Shown: positions 1-11,955, numbered from the stretch's first letter. The stretch: DNA of 64,000 nt from Octopus sinensis (GCF_006345805.1 NC_042999.1:107012001-107076000); one strand, 5' to 3'. The notes: generated by a model from the sequence alone, not told the origin. Program-made: numbers and translations.

Positions 1-66
1 GCCAAGCAGTGGAACTGAAACAAGAACCATGTGGTTGGGAAGCAAACTCCTTACCACACAGCCATA
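1..66 (-). mobile_element. 5' (tRNA-like) end of SINE family A, cut by the window edge
   Basis: Matches 10168-10237 (gcagtgg.actgaa...aaccatgtggttgg.aagcaa.ct..ttaccacacagcca). Confidence 0.7.
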
Positions 67-774
67 ATTACACCTGTTAATTAGGTTTATCAAATATGTG
101 TGCTCAACAGAATGATGACATGTTCAGTTATAGTGTAGATGGTTAACCATTCTACAGAGACATATACCCTTATTGTAATTTTCAGGAAGAATAAGTGTGA
201 CTCTGATTTTGCATGACAACATGTGACAAAGTTGGTCCTTTGAAATACAGCTAAGTTCTATTTTGTATTATAGGTTAAGTAACTGAATATTCCACATATT
301 TTAGAATCTATAAAACAAGTACCTAACTAGGGCAATAGATTTGTAGAACTGTTAAAACATCAGATTGGGATATGTTCTGGTTCTTTGCATTTTGAGTTTA
401 AATCTCAATAAAATGGTTAGTTATTGGATATTCCATCAGGAACTGGAACCATAACTCAAATGTTTCTGCTAGCTTCTTTCTTTTGTTCTTTTGAGATGCA
501 GTCAGAGATTTATGAGAGTCAGCTATCAAATATCAAAGCATCTTGTGTCAAATTCTGTTCAACATAGATGAACTTTATCCATTTCCTTAACATCTGAGGG
601 CAAATACAGCTCAATCTAGATAACCCACAAAAAATCTATTGTTCTCCTGACTTACTTGAACTAGGAAATTTTATAAATATAGAATTCTTCCTCTTTTTAT
701 CAGGTTCTTTGGTAGAGATACATACCTGCCTTATATCCTCAGTACTGTCAAATAGTTAAAATCCAACTCTTACT

Positions 775-802
775 CTCTCTCTCTCTCTCTCTCACTCTAT
801 CA

Positions 803-835
<33 letters not shown>

Positions 836-885
836 CTATCTATCTATCTATCTATCTCTTTCTCAATCTCTCTTTTACTCTCTCT
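775..885. repeat. Compound (CT)n/(CTAT)n microsatellite
   Basis: Direct inspection. Confidence 0.95.
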
Positions 886-1007
886 CCTCATGGTTGTCTG
901 AGGTAACATGTTTCTCTTTCTTTCTCTCCTTTTCCTTTCCATTCAACCATCTAGTAGTCAACTATGATAACCACAATTACCTGCATGATTGACAACAGAA
1001 GTAGTCT

Positions 1008-1870
1008 AATATTTTGGTTTCAAATTTTGGCACAAGGCCAGCAATTTCTGAGAGAGAGTAAGTAAATTATATTGACCCACAGTGCTCAACAGATACTTAT
1101 TTCATCCCAAAAGGATGAAAGGTCAAGTCAACCTTAACAAATTTGAACTCAGAATGTAAAGTCAGATGAAATGCCACTAAGCATTTTACCCACAATTCTG
1201 CCTTTATATTTTGGTTTCAAATCTTGGCACAAGGCTAGCAACTTGAAGGGAGGAGGGAGATTCTTCGTTGATTACATTCACCCAAGTGCTCAACCAATAT
1301 TTATTTTATTGAACCTGAAAAAATGAAAGGCAAAAGTTGACCTCGGCAGAATTTGAACTTTACCTGACATACTTAACAACTCTACCAGCTCACCACCTTA
1401 CTGTCTCTATATATTGATTTCAAATTTTGACAGAAGGCCATCAGTTTTGGAGGCGGCAGTAGGTCAATTACATCAACCGCAGTGTTCAACTGGTACTTAT
1501 TTTATAGATCCTGAAAGAGATGAAGGGCAAAGCTGACCTAGCAGAATTTGAACCCAGAACATAAAGACAGATGAAATGCACTAAGCATTTTGCCCAGTGT
1601 GCTAATGATTCTGCCAACTTGCCACTTTACAGTTTTTATATATTGGTTTCAAATTTTGGCACAAGGCCAACAGTTTGAAAGGAAGAGCCAAGTTGATTAA
1701 ATTGACCCCAGTGTTTAACTGGTAATTATTTTATCAATCCCAAAAAGATGAAATTCAAAGATGATCTCCGCAGAATTTGAACTCAGAGCATAAAGTTTGA
1801 TGAAATGCCTCTAAGCATTTTCCCCGACGTGCTAACAATTCTACCAGCTCACTGCCTTGCAGTTTTTATA
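1008..1870 (-). mobile_element. Four head-to-tail degenerate copies of SINE family B
   Basis: Unit atattggtttcaaattttggcacaaggcc...ggatgaaagg..aagt.gacc...gaatttgaactcagaa...gaaatgc..ctaagcattt starts near 1008, 1205, 1408 and 1637; it is the reverse complement of the family B body at 20550-20781. Confidence 0.85.
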
Positions 1871-2130
1871 TATTAACGACACAAAGTAGTTGTGTGTAGT
1901 ATAAGAGTAAATAAATCCAATTTAACCATAATCTTGTCATTTCTACCATTCATCTATAATACATGCATCCATTACATTCCAGTGACCCTGGTGTTCAAAC
2001 TGTTACACTACCATGGCCTAATTAGGTTCTAGACTTAATCTGTTACCTAGCACTTAGAGTGTCTAAAGTAGAGGCATCTCCTTTGTAAGCATGCAAGTTA
2101 AGTTTCCATGTTGAGGATACATTTCCTCAC

Positions 2131-2188
2131 CTTCTCTTTTCCATTAGTCTCCAAGGCCCTGTGAAGGTTCACCAGTACTACATCCCTC
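2131..2188 (-). CDS. Candidate small exon (RDVVLVNLHRALETNGKEK), product unknown
   Basis: Minus strand tctttttgcAG|...aag|GTGAGG; one open frame. No recognised homology, and phase does not match the neighbouring candidate. Confidence 0.25.
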
Positions 2189-2347
2189 CTGCAAAAAGAT
2201 TTTAAAAATGAAAAAGAAAAGAAACCTGAGAAATGGTGAATTAAGGTCTACTAACCACATCAATAGCTATCTAAACATATAATCCTTTGCCAAGTGTACC
2301 AAATTATATTTCTGCTAGTTCTGCTTCTGCCGATTATCATAACTTAC

Positions 2348-2432
2348 TCATGAGGGTAATACCATCATCAACTGCAGCATCAAGAAAAACAAGAGCAATA
2401 ACAGCATAAGCTGTTTCCACATTAACTAAATT
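2348..2432 (-). CDS. Candidate small exon (NLVNVETAYAVIALVFLDAAVDDGITLM), product unknown
   Basis: Minus strand cttacttcatAG|...atga|GTAAGT; only one open frame. No recognised homology. Confidence 0.25.
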
Positions 2433-2784
2433 CTATGAAGTAAGATTTCACAAGATTCAAACAGTCAGAAAATCTTTTTTTTTTACTTCAACAGTTACAA
2501 TATCTCTCTGATTTGACAAAGAAAAAGTCTCTATTATTACTATTATTATATATTTTTCTTTTTCACAAGCCTCACGTTGCAAGGTTCGTATAACTCAGCA
2601 AAATAAAAAGCAAAAAAAGATAAAACAAAGAAAAATACTTTAACTACTTATTATTTTCATTTTTTGTGATTAACTTATTTATTTATCTGTCTTTAAATTA
2701 TTAATAATGCTATATATATTCATAAATAATATGTATATCACTGTCTGTGCTGTCTCTGCACGCTGCTTTTATATATAGAAGTGC

Positions 2785-2786
2785 TT

Positions 2787-2863
<77 letters not shown>

Positions 2864-3480
2864 ATATATACATACATATATATATATACATATATATGTA
2901 TGTATATATGTATGTATATATACATACATATATATATATACATACATATATATATACATATATATATATGTATATATGTATTATATATATATATACATGT
3001 ATATATGTATGTATATATATATATATACATGTATGTATGTATATATATATACATGTATGTATGTATAAATATACATGTATATATGTATATGTGTATATAT
3101 ATATGCATGTATGTATAAATATACATGTATGTATGTATGTATGTATGTATGTATAAATATACGTGTATGTATGTATAAATATACATGTATATATGTATGT
3201 ATGTATATATATACATGTATACATGTATGTATATTTTTGTATGCATACATATATGTATATATATATGTGCATTTGTGTGCCTATATAACAAACACACACA
3301 TACACACATATATACAAGTATACTTGTAGGTATGTGCACGTGTATGTACATAGAAAGTCTGATAGATGTCTCTGTGTGTGTGTATATATATATGCACACA
3401 CATACACACACATACATTAGTGTGAATGTGACATATGCTAAAACCAATTATATATATATATATATATGCACACATATGTA
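2785..3480. repeat. Compound (TA)n/(TATG)n/(CA)n microsatellite block
   Basis: Direct inspection; source of the IYIY-type pseudo-ORFs. Confidence 0.95.
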
Positions 3481-3749
3481 GGTTTATATAGTGAAAATAA
3501 TTTTGTATGTAGGTGACTGAGTGTACATGTTTGTAAAAGTGTGTATTTTTGTTTGCTGGTTTGTTTGTTTGTTTGTTTATTCTTTGAATGTATGTGTTTG
3601 TTTACAACAATCTATCTGGGCACGCATAAATATAATTATCCATCTCTGTGTGAATATGTATGAATCAATATCCTGTAAATGTACCTATAAGAAAAGTTGT
3701 TCTATTTGTATTTATACATTGATATATATTTGTGTGTGTATTTGTGCGT

Positions 3750-3786
<37 letters not shown>

Positions 3787-4009
3787 TGTGTGTGTGTGTA
3801 CTTGTATTTACTTAACTGAAACTGTCGTGTATATATCGACATATACATATTCTATTAGTGTATAAATGTCTGTGAATATTGTTACATATTATAAGTGATG
3901 TGCCCACTCAACAGTCCACGTTTGCATCAGCATTTCTTTACGTATGATTGCTTTAGTTTGTTTCTATTTTATTTTGTTTGTTGTATCATTAATGATAATG
4001 TGCTTTTTT

Positions 4010-4345
4010 ATATCTATATCTATATATATGTACATATATATACATATATATATATATATATAAGTAAATATATATATATATATGCATATATTATATATAT
4101 ATATATATATATGCATATATATATATATATATATATATCAGTAAATATGTATATACATATTATATATATATATGCATATATATACATATATAACATATAT
4201 ATATATAAGTAAATATATATATACATATATTATATAATATATATATATTATATATATATATATATAATGCATATATATACATATATATACACACATATAT
4301 AATATATATCTATATATACATATATATTAAGTATAAATATAATAC

Positions 4346-4378
<33 letters not shown>

Positions 4379-4551
4379 CTATACAAATACATATATATAT
4401 ATTCTTATATATATATACATACATACATATTCATATGTATACATCTATATATAAAGGCATATGTGTATATGCATGATTATATATATATATATATATATAT
4501 ATACTATGTATAATATATATGTACATATATAATATATATTATATATATATT

Positions 4552-4599
<48 letters not shown>

Positions 4600-4660
4600 C
4601 ATACATACATGTGTGTGTGTATGAGTGTGTGGTGTGTGTTAGAGAGAGAGAGAGATAAAG
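4010..4660. repeat. Degenerate (TA)n block grading into (TG)n/(AG)n
   Basis: Direct inspection. Confidence 0.95.
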
Positions 4661-5159
4661 AAAGAGACAAGAGGGCAGTTTGTGTGCCTGAGCATATATT
4701 TACATAAATAAGTCATCTATATTTGTGTATGAATGAGTGATGATGATCAAGTCTAAGATATATTATTATCAAAACTAGGATTATACAAATGTCTACTTTT
4801 CCTCCCTTCCCTCTTACCCTTTTACAATGACTAAAATTATCCATTATACCGTACCAACTTTAATCATAGATTATTTATCAGAAATGTAAAGACAGCTATA
4901 CTGTGTGTGTGTGCGTGTGTGTGTATGTGTGTGTGTGTGCACACATGTGTGTGTGTTTGTGTGTGTGTACTTACTGTAGCAGAGCATAGAAAAAAAAAAT
5001 ATATATACATGCATGCACGCATGTGCATACACGCACACACATACACACACTCATGCACATTCACACACAAATACAAAGTGTGTTGTGCACATTATGATAT
5101 ACTAGTGAGATATATGTGTAGAGTCAATTAGTATATTCAGATATAAACTTATATGTCAC

Positions 5160-5222
5160 TCTCTCTTTCTCTCTCTCTTTATCTACCTACCTATCTATCT
5201 ATTTATCTATCTGTCTCTCTAT

Positions 5223-5267
<45 letters not shown>

Positions 5268-5270
5268 AAT
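5160..5270. repeat. (CT)n/(CTAT)n microsatellite
   Basis: Direct inspection. Confidence 0.9.
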
Positions 5271-5409
5271 CAGTGTATGTATGTTTGACATTTTATTTCT
5301 ACTGTTTAAACTACTTATAATCACTTAGGGACAAAACCATTTCACATATAACTGATAACAATAAACACTTGCTAGCATTATCTCTGATTATAATAAGCAG
5401 CTTCCACAA

Positions 5410-5447
<38 letters not shown>

Positions 5448-5697
5448 TGTGTGTGTAAGTTTGTATGTAAGTATGTATGTAAGTATGGGTAATGGAGCTT
5501 CTAGGGGCAAGTGATAGGTACATCTTTTAATTGTCCTAATTTTCAAAAATTTTTTTCAATTATTCTGTGAGCTAATCATCTGACATTACAAGAAGTCTTT
5601 TAATGATAATCAACCCATCAGTAGCAATTTGTTGAAGTGCATTTAATTTTGCAAGGTGGGTGTTAAAAGGGTGTTTGTAGAAGGAAAATGGAGATAG

Positions 5698-5937
5698 TTA
5701 AACCAGACTGAGAAAGATTGGCAAATAAACTAGTTATATCTGACCAAAATATTCTACCTGTTCTACATTCAAACCAGTCAAATCTGGCATCTCACACCTC
5801 TCCTACAATGTGATTCTAAAAATAAACAATAATATTATTGAAATCTCGAAGCTAAAAGATAATACATAACTAATTGAAAACAATGTGATTGAATAAGTAC
5901 TACTTTTGACAGAGTAATTTGAATGTTAAAAGGTTAA
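5698..5937. mobile_element. Possible TTAA-bounded non-autonomous DNA element (piggyBac-like MITE remnant)
   Basis: Bounded by ttaa...aaaaggttaa; a similar aagggttaa terminus ends at 21357. Termini are degenerate. Confidence 0.3.
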
Positions 5938-6941
5938 GCAATGCATACCATAAAAGCACCATTTAATTAGTTATTAGACTAGTTTCTCTTAAAAATCAAA
6001 TGTCCTTTCAAAAGCTTGATGTAAAAATTTCTAGACTTTTGAAAGAATGAATATAGTAATAGAAATGAGGCTTGAAACAAATCTCAGTCAATCTGATACA
6101 AGTATGCAGTATACTGTTATTGTCCAGTTGGGTATTAACTCAATTGAGATTGCTATGATGTTTACACAATCACACTCTATATCTATAAAATTCTATTTAT
6201 GATGTTTCATTTTTAACAATTGTCTGAAGAAACCCATCATAACGATTTATAAAGTTGCAGCTTCCAATAAATTATTTAGTTTTAATTTCAGTATTGAGAG
6301 CAATCTTTTCTCCTTTTTGTTCACACAGGAGCTTTTTTTATTGTTGAATAAACTATACTGATGGAAAGCAATTCCAGTCGAATATGGAACATTATTTACT
6401 GAAGTTTTGCACCAAAATATCATCATTCCATTTGAAAGTAAATTATCTGAAATCTTTCATGAAGAAATCTAAAGATATTTAAGAAGAGTGAGATGCTGGA
6501 CTTATTAATTTGCTAGGGTTGCACTAGGAATAATAAGTTGGCCAAAAGTTTTGATATAGCACAGGAAAAATCTCTCCAAGAAACATCACTTTAACTATCA
6601 AACACCACAATCAGAAACATATATCTACACAGCACCCTTCATCCTATCAGTCATCTGGCAGTTTTCAAAATCAAAATACTAGATTATTCAAGGGATCTTG
6701 CTACTTGTAAAAGAGCAGTATACTAAATATCAGTTGCACTATCTGAAGGTATCTATCTATATGAAGTACAATATGCTCATTGCTAATGACCCAAACAGAT
6801 GTTAGAATCATCAAGTCTGCTTTAGGTTTTGTATTAGAGAAGGCTTCATTTATCTGTCTCAATTCATGGAAATTATTATCCTACTATAACTTTTAATATT
6901 GCTGACCAAGTTGCTAAATACTATAGTGAATCTTATAGCTG

Positions 6942-7160
6942 CACACTTTGCCTATCTGAAAAGTTCCAGCTAGAAAATCTGAGTTGTTATTTTAAAGTTA
7001 CTAGAAGTACATATTCCATTTTGAGAATATTTGCTGGTTGTGCCTTACACTTTGCCTGTCTGAAAAGTTCCTGCAGGTGATATCCCTCAATAGAAAATCT
7101 GAGTTGTTATTTTAAGATAGATAGAAGTGGACATTACATTTTCAGAATTATTTGCTGGTT
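6942..7160. repeat. Local tandem duplication (~105-115 bp unit, 2 copies)
   Basis: acactttgcct.tctgaaaagttcc...tagaaaatctgagttgttatttta...atttgctggtt repeated at 6942 and 7047. Confidence 0.85.
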
Positions 7161-7821
7161 ATACATTTCAAGTCACTTGGAACAAATTCAAGAAATTCTT
7201 GACTTAGATCCATTCAGAGCTATCTCCCTTGTCAATAAATTTATAGTTGGAATTGTAAATCTGTCCTACCAATGAGCAGTAAAAACCTAGGCTATGCAGC
7301 AAATTCAATGACATGATCTGCTTTGATTAATAAATACTGATCTTATTAATACCCAATAATGAAAAGATTTACAAGTGACTTGGAGCTTCAATACTGACAT
7401 GAAGTTACATATTGATATGATCTAAAAGATCACAGGTGTACTTTGCCCATGTCTGTATGCTTAAGTGTAAGAAAAAGGGTATGAATTATTAATTGCTTAA
7501 TCACAAATATAAAATCTATGAAATATCGTGAGTGCCTTTTCTTTGGTGTGTACACATGCCTTATATTTATAAGGAAGAGAATCAGGGTGTTGAAACCAAA
7601 CCAAATCAGACTGGAACTTGGTGCAGCTCTCCAGCTTGCAGGCTCATTCAAAATATCTAACCTATACCAGCATGGAAAACGGACATTAAAGGATGATGAT
7701 GATGATATATATACTTATATAATGTACTTTTCACCCATACATACATACATACATAAGTATGTGTGTGAGTACATATATATTTATATATATATGTGTGTGT
7801 GTGTGTGTGGGGTTAAGTGAC

Positions 7822-8312
7822 CCATCCGTTCGTGTCCGCTGTCAGCCTCGTCTGGCACCCGTGCCGGTGATACGTAAAAGCACCATTCGCTCGTGGCCGT
7901 TTGCCAGCTCTGCCTGGCCCCCGCGTCGGTGGCACGTAAAAGCACCATCTGTTCGTGTTCGTTGCCAGCCTCGCCTGGCCCCGTGCCGGTGACACGTAAA
8001 AGCACCGTCCGTTCGTGGCCGTTTGCCAGCTCTGTCTGGCCCCGTGTCGGTGGCACGTAAAAGCACCATCCGTTCGTGTCCGTTGCCAGCCTCGGCTGGC
8101 CCCCGTGCCGGTGACACGTAAAAGCGCCGTCCGTTCGTGGCCGTTTGCCAGCTCTGTCTGGCAACAGTGTCGGTGGCACGTAAAAGCACCATCCATTCAT
8201 GTCCGTTGCCAGCATCGCCTGGCCCCGTGCCGGTGACACGTAAAAGCACCATCCATTCATGGCCGTTTGCCATCTCTGTCTGGCACCTGTGCAGGTGGCA
8301 CGTAAAAAACAC
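7822..8312. repeat. GC-rich minisatellite, 8 units of ~60-62 bp in alternating A/B types
   Basis: acgtaaaagc.cc motif recurs every 60-62 bp; A units read gtgtccgttgccagcctcg, B units read gtggccgtttgccagctctg. Confidence 0.95.
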
Positions 8313-8480
8313 CCACTACACTCACGGAGTGGTTGGCATTAGGAAGGGCATCCAGCCGTAGAAACACTGCCAGATCTGACTGGGCCTGACGAAGCCTTCC
8401 AGCTTCACAGACCCCAGTTGACCCGTCCAACCCATGCTAGCATGGAAAGCAGACGCTAAATGATGATGATGATGATGATG
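7822..8480 (+). mobile_element. RTE-clade LINE 3' end (or derived SINE) with expanded internal repeat and (GAT)n tail
   Basis: ggttggcattaggaagggcatccag...ccgtccaacccatgctagcatggaaagcagacgctaaa(tga)n; the same tail follows RTE C-terminal coding remnants at 8700-8830 and 30690-30820. Confidence 0.8.
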
Positions 8481-8507
8481 ATATATATATATATATATAT
8501 ATATATC

Positions 8508-8857
8508 ATCATCATCATCATCATTTAGCATCCGTTGTCCATGGTGGTATGGGTTGGATGGTTTGACCAGGGCTGGTAAACTAAGAGGCTGCACCACACT
8601 CCACTCTGTTTTGGCATGGTTTCTATGGCTGGAATCCCTTCTTGATGCCAACCACTCTGAAAGTGTAATGGTTGCTTTTACATGCCACCAGCACAGGTAC
8701 CAGTTGTGTGACACAAGTATCTACCATGACTATGATTTCAGTTGGCTTGATGGGTTTTCTTCTCAAGCACAGCATATTGCTAAATGTCTTGGTTATTTGT
8801 CATTGCCTCTGTGAAGTCCAATGCTTGAAAGGGGCTTTTTACGTGCCACCAGCCTCA

Positions 8858-8860
<3 letters not shown>
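8508..8860 (-). mobile_element. RTE-clade LINE 3' end, inverted relative to the 7822-8480 copy
   Basis: Reverse complement of the same 3' tail, plus a degraded C-terminal coding remnant. Confidence 0.8.
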
Positions 8861-8896
<36 letters not shown>

Positions 8897-9008
8897 ATAT
8901 ATATATATGTATATGTATGTGTGTATATATATATATATATAAATTCTTTTCAGAATGAGATAAAGAAAACCAAGATTGTGAAGAAGTTAGAACATTTATA
9001 AATAGAAG

Positions 9009-9056
9009 GTCTTACAGCTGTTTCTAGAATATTTTATATATCCCTTCATCTGAGAC
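9009..9056 (-). ncRNA. Minimal type I hammerhead-ribozyme-like motif (core variant CAGAUGA)
   Basis: Minus strand GTCT CAGATGA A GGGATAT ataaa ATATTCT A GAAA CAGCTG TA AGAC: stem I GTCT/AGAC, stem II with wobbles, palindromic stem III, GUA site. Confidence 0.65.
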
Positions 9057-9509
9057 GGTGTGAGAAAATGATTAAGCAATAGTTAATTTAGATAAGATAT
9101 GAAATAGAGAGTGAAGTGGAGGAATGAAAATAGATGTGAAATATGTAGGGATATTGCATTTGTACATCCATTAATTAGGCAGAATGATATACATATAAGA
9201 TTCCAATACCTTGTGAGTAAATTCCAATAGTATTTAAAATTGGTCATTCTAAGTATAGAGTTTGTACAAGTGCTATTGAATCGATTCAGTAGCACTGTGT
9301 ACAAACTCTATACTTGGAATGTCCAATTTTAAATACTATTGGAATTTACTCACAAGGTATTGGAATCTTATATGTATGCCATTCTGCCTAAATAATGGAT
9401 CTACAAATGCAGTATCCCTGCATATCTCACATCTAGTTTCATTCCTCCACTTCACTCTCTATTTCATATCTTATCTAAATTAACTATTGCTTAACTATTT
9501 TTTCATACC

Positions 9510-9557
9510 GTCTCTGGTGAAGGGATATATAAAATATCCCGGAAACAGCTGTAAGAC
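9510..9557 (+). ncRNA. Minimal type I hammerhead-ribozyme-like motif (core variant CUGGUGA)
   Basis: GTCT CTGGTGA A GGGATAT ataaa ATATCCC G GAAA CAGCTG TA AGAC; predicted cleavage after 9553. Confidence 0.65.
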
Positions 9558-9850
9558 CTTCTATTTACAAATGTTCTAAATTCTTCACAGCCTTGGTTTT
9601 TTATCTCATTCTGAAAAAATTTTTTTTTCTATATATATACATGCTGATATATGACCTACATTGGACTCCTTATTCGCATAATCACTGAACCTGGAGCTTA
9701 ACTTTGGTCCATTCATAGCACTTACTCAGCATTACCTGACACCTTTGGGTCTTATTGACACCATTACCTCTCATAACCTCTCTCTCTCTCTTTCTCTCTG
9801 TATATATATATATATGTGTGTGTATATATATATTTATTCTTTTTTTTTTT

Positions 9851-10237
9851 TACTTGTTTCAGTCATTTGACTGCGGCCATGCTGGAGCACCGCCTTTAGT
9901 CGAGCAAATCGACCCCAGGACTTATTCTTTGTAAGTCCAGTACTTATTCCATCGTTCTCTTTTGCCGAACCGCTAGCTGAAGGGGACGTAAACACACCAG
10001 CATCGGTTGTCAAGCAATGCTAGGGGGACAAACACAGACACACAAACATATACACACACATACACATATATATATACATATATACGACAGGCTTCTTTCA
10101 GTTTTCGTCTACCAAATCCACACACAAGGCATTGGTCGGCCCGGGGCTATAGCAGAAGACACCTGCCCAAGATGCCACGCAGTGGGACTGAACCCGGAAC
10201 CATGTGGTTGGTAAGCAAGCTACTTACCACACAGCCA
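9851..10237 (-). mobile_element. tRNA-derived SINE family A, near full length
   Basis: Minus strand begins ggctgtgtggtaag...ggttccgggttcagtccc (A/B-box-like) and ends gcagtcaaatgactgaaacaagta; related copies at 15503, 25870 and 29965. Confidence 0.85.
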
Positions 10238-10265
10238 TATATATATATATGTGTATATATATATA

Positions 10266-10315
<50 letters not shown>

Positions 10316-10454
10316 ATATATATATACACACACATGTATATACATATACACATATATACACATACATACACATGCATGCACACACACACAGACACACACA
10401 TACACACAAACACAGATATATATGCAATATAATCATGGTTTCTATATTCTTTTC

Positions 10455-10665
10455 TACTCTGGGCACAAGGCACGAAATTTTTGGGGAGAGTGGGGCAGTC
10501 AATTAGATCAATCTCAGTATGCAACTGGTATTTAATTTATTAACCCCGAAAGAATGAAAGGCAAAGTTAACCTCCGCGGAATTTTAACTCAGTACATAAA
10601 GACAGACGAAATACTGCTAAGCATTTCTCCTGGCATGCTAACTTTTCTGCTAGCTCGCCACCTTT
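10455..10665 (-). mobile_element. SINE family B copy
   Basis: Reverse complement of ggcgagctagcagaaaagttagcatgccagg...ctttgcctttcattctttcgggg. Confidence 0.8.
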
Positions 10666-11162
10666 CATGGTTTCTATATTGAAGTGATTTATGCTCACCC
10701 TACATCCCTATGTACAGACTCTTCAGTAGAACTATGAACTGTGACTAATTATTGGTATTAAGGATGGGATGAATGATTCTGAGTGTTATGGTAAGAAGGA
10801 CAGTGCATATCATTTTCATTCTGAAACCAAAAAAGAATCTTTATATAGCACTAAGTATTTATTCTTCCAATTTCTTCCAAACCCTTATAATATAGTCTGT
10901 CATGCAATATTTTGGTTAAGTGGAAATTTGCATTGAACACTAAGTATTTACATGAATTGTTAGGTGTGGTTTACATACCTGCATATAGTTTAGTCACGAA
11001 ACCACAAATGATTGTACATTTATTTACATATGTCTTTACACTTACCATGCTTTAATAATGAGGTGCATGTTTATTTATCTTATTTTATTTACTTACTTGT
11101 TTGTTGTTGTTGTTGTTGTTGTTGTTGTTCGTGGTGGTGGTGGTGGTATTATTATTATAATG

Positions 11163-11355
11163 AGCTAGCAGAATTGTTAGTACACTGCTCAAAATGCTTT
11201 GCAGTATTTCATCCGTCTTTACATTCTGGGTTCAAATGCCACTGGGGTCGTCTTTGCTTTTCATTCCTTTTGGAGTTAATAAAATGAGTACCAGTTGAGC
11301 ACAGAGGTCAATGTAATCGACTTGTCCACTCCCCATGCTTGCTGGCCTTGTGCCT
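11163..11355 (+). mobile_element. SINE family B copy
   Basis: gagctagcagaattgttag...ctttgcttttcattccttttggagttaataaaatgagtaccag. Confidence 0.75.
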
Positions 11356-11375
11356 ATTTATTATTATTATCATAT

Positions 11376-11927
11376 AGTGTGAGAGCAATGCATGCCATCA
11401 AAGCAACACTGGGGTACAAATATACAAAAACCAAAATACCCATTATGACTACCTGTTTGATAAGAGTACACCAGGCGCATACATTACAACCATATGTGCG
11501 TGAGATAGTGACCTTATATCAAGATAAACAGTACATGACCTTACAGATGAGACACAGTTATAGTTTTCTTCAGGTTGAAAAGGTTCCACTCAAAAAGTCC
11601 CTGAATAAGGGTTGTTGAAGGATAATGAATGAAGCCCACATGTTTCCAGAGGTGAATTATTCAAACTCAAAAGAACTCCTCTCAATACATGGCTGTGATG
11701 CTTCCCCATTACTCTTCCTTGTGATCAGAGATGTACATATTGTCAGCCACTAAGGGATATGCTCAACTAGTTAAGGACAAGCAACTGACAAGCAAATTAT
11801 TGGTATTGAGCAGAATATATACTGTAGTCTATCTTTTTACACCAAGACAAAGCATATACATGATAACACTTCCAGTCAGTTAAAATCAGAAACCATGAGA
11901 GCCAGTGCATGGCACTGCATCAGAGCA
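11376..11927 (-). mobile_element. ~550-bp non-coding interspersed repeat bounded by (ATT)n on both sides
   Basis: Collinear with 39826-40293 and shares both termini. Strand is inferred from the neighbouring LINEs. Confidence 0.7.
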
Positions 11928-11955
11928 ATTATTATCATTATTATTATTGCTATTA

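Larger units (their letters stand above)
8941..9622. mobile_element. Spacer-less ~680-bp palindrome (fold-back), probable Penelope pLTR-derived non-autonomous element
   Basis: Centre tgaatc|gattca at 9282/9283; arms of ~340 bp are reverse-complementary throughout; flanked by (TA)n; a hammerhead-like motif lies in each arm. Confidence 0.85.

Noticed and set aside
7822-8312. CRISPR-like array of hairpin repeats and its 127-159 aa ORFs
   Set aside because: There are no unique spacers and no cas genes, and the context is eukaryotic. The whole unit repeats, and the ORFs arise from stop-poor GC-rich repeats.
10699-10820. Minus-strand segment with strong splice sites
   Set aside because: All three frames contain stops; at most a non-coding exon.
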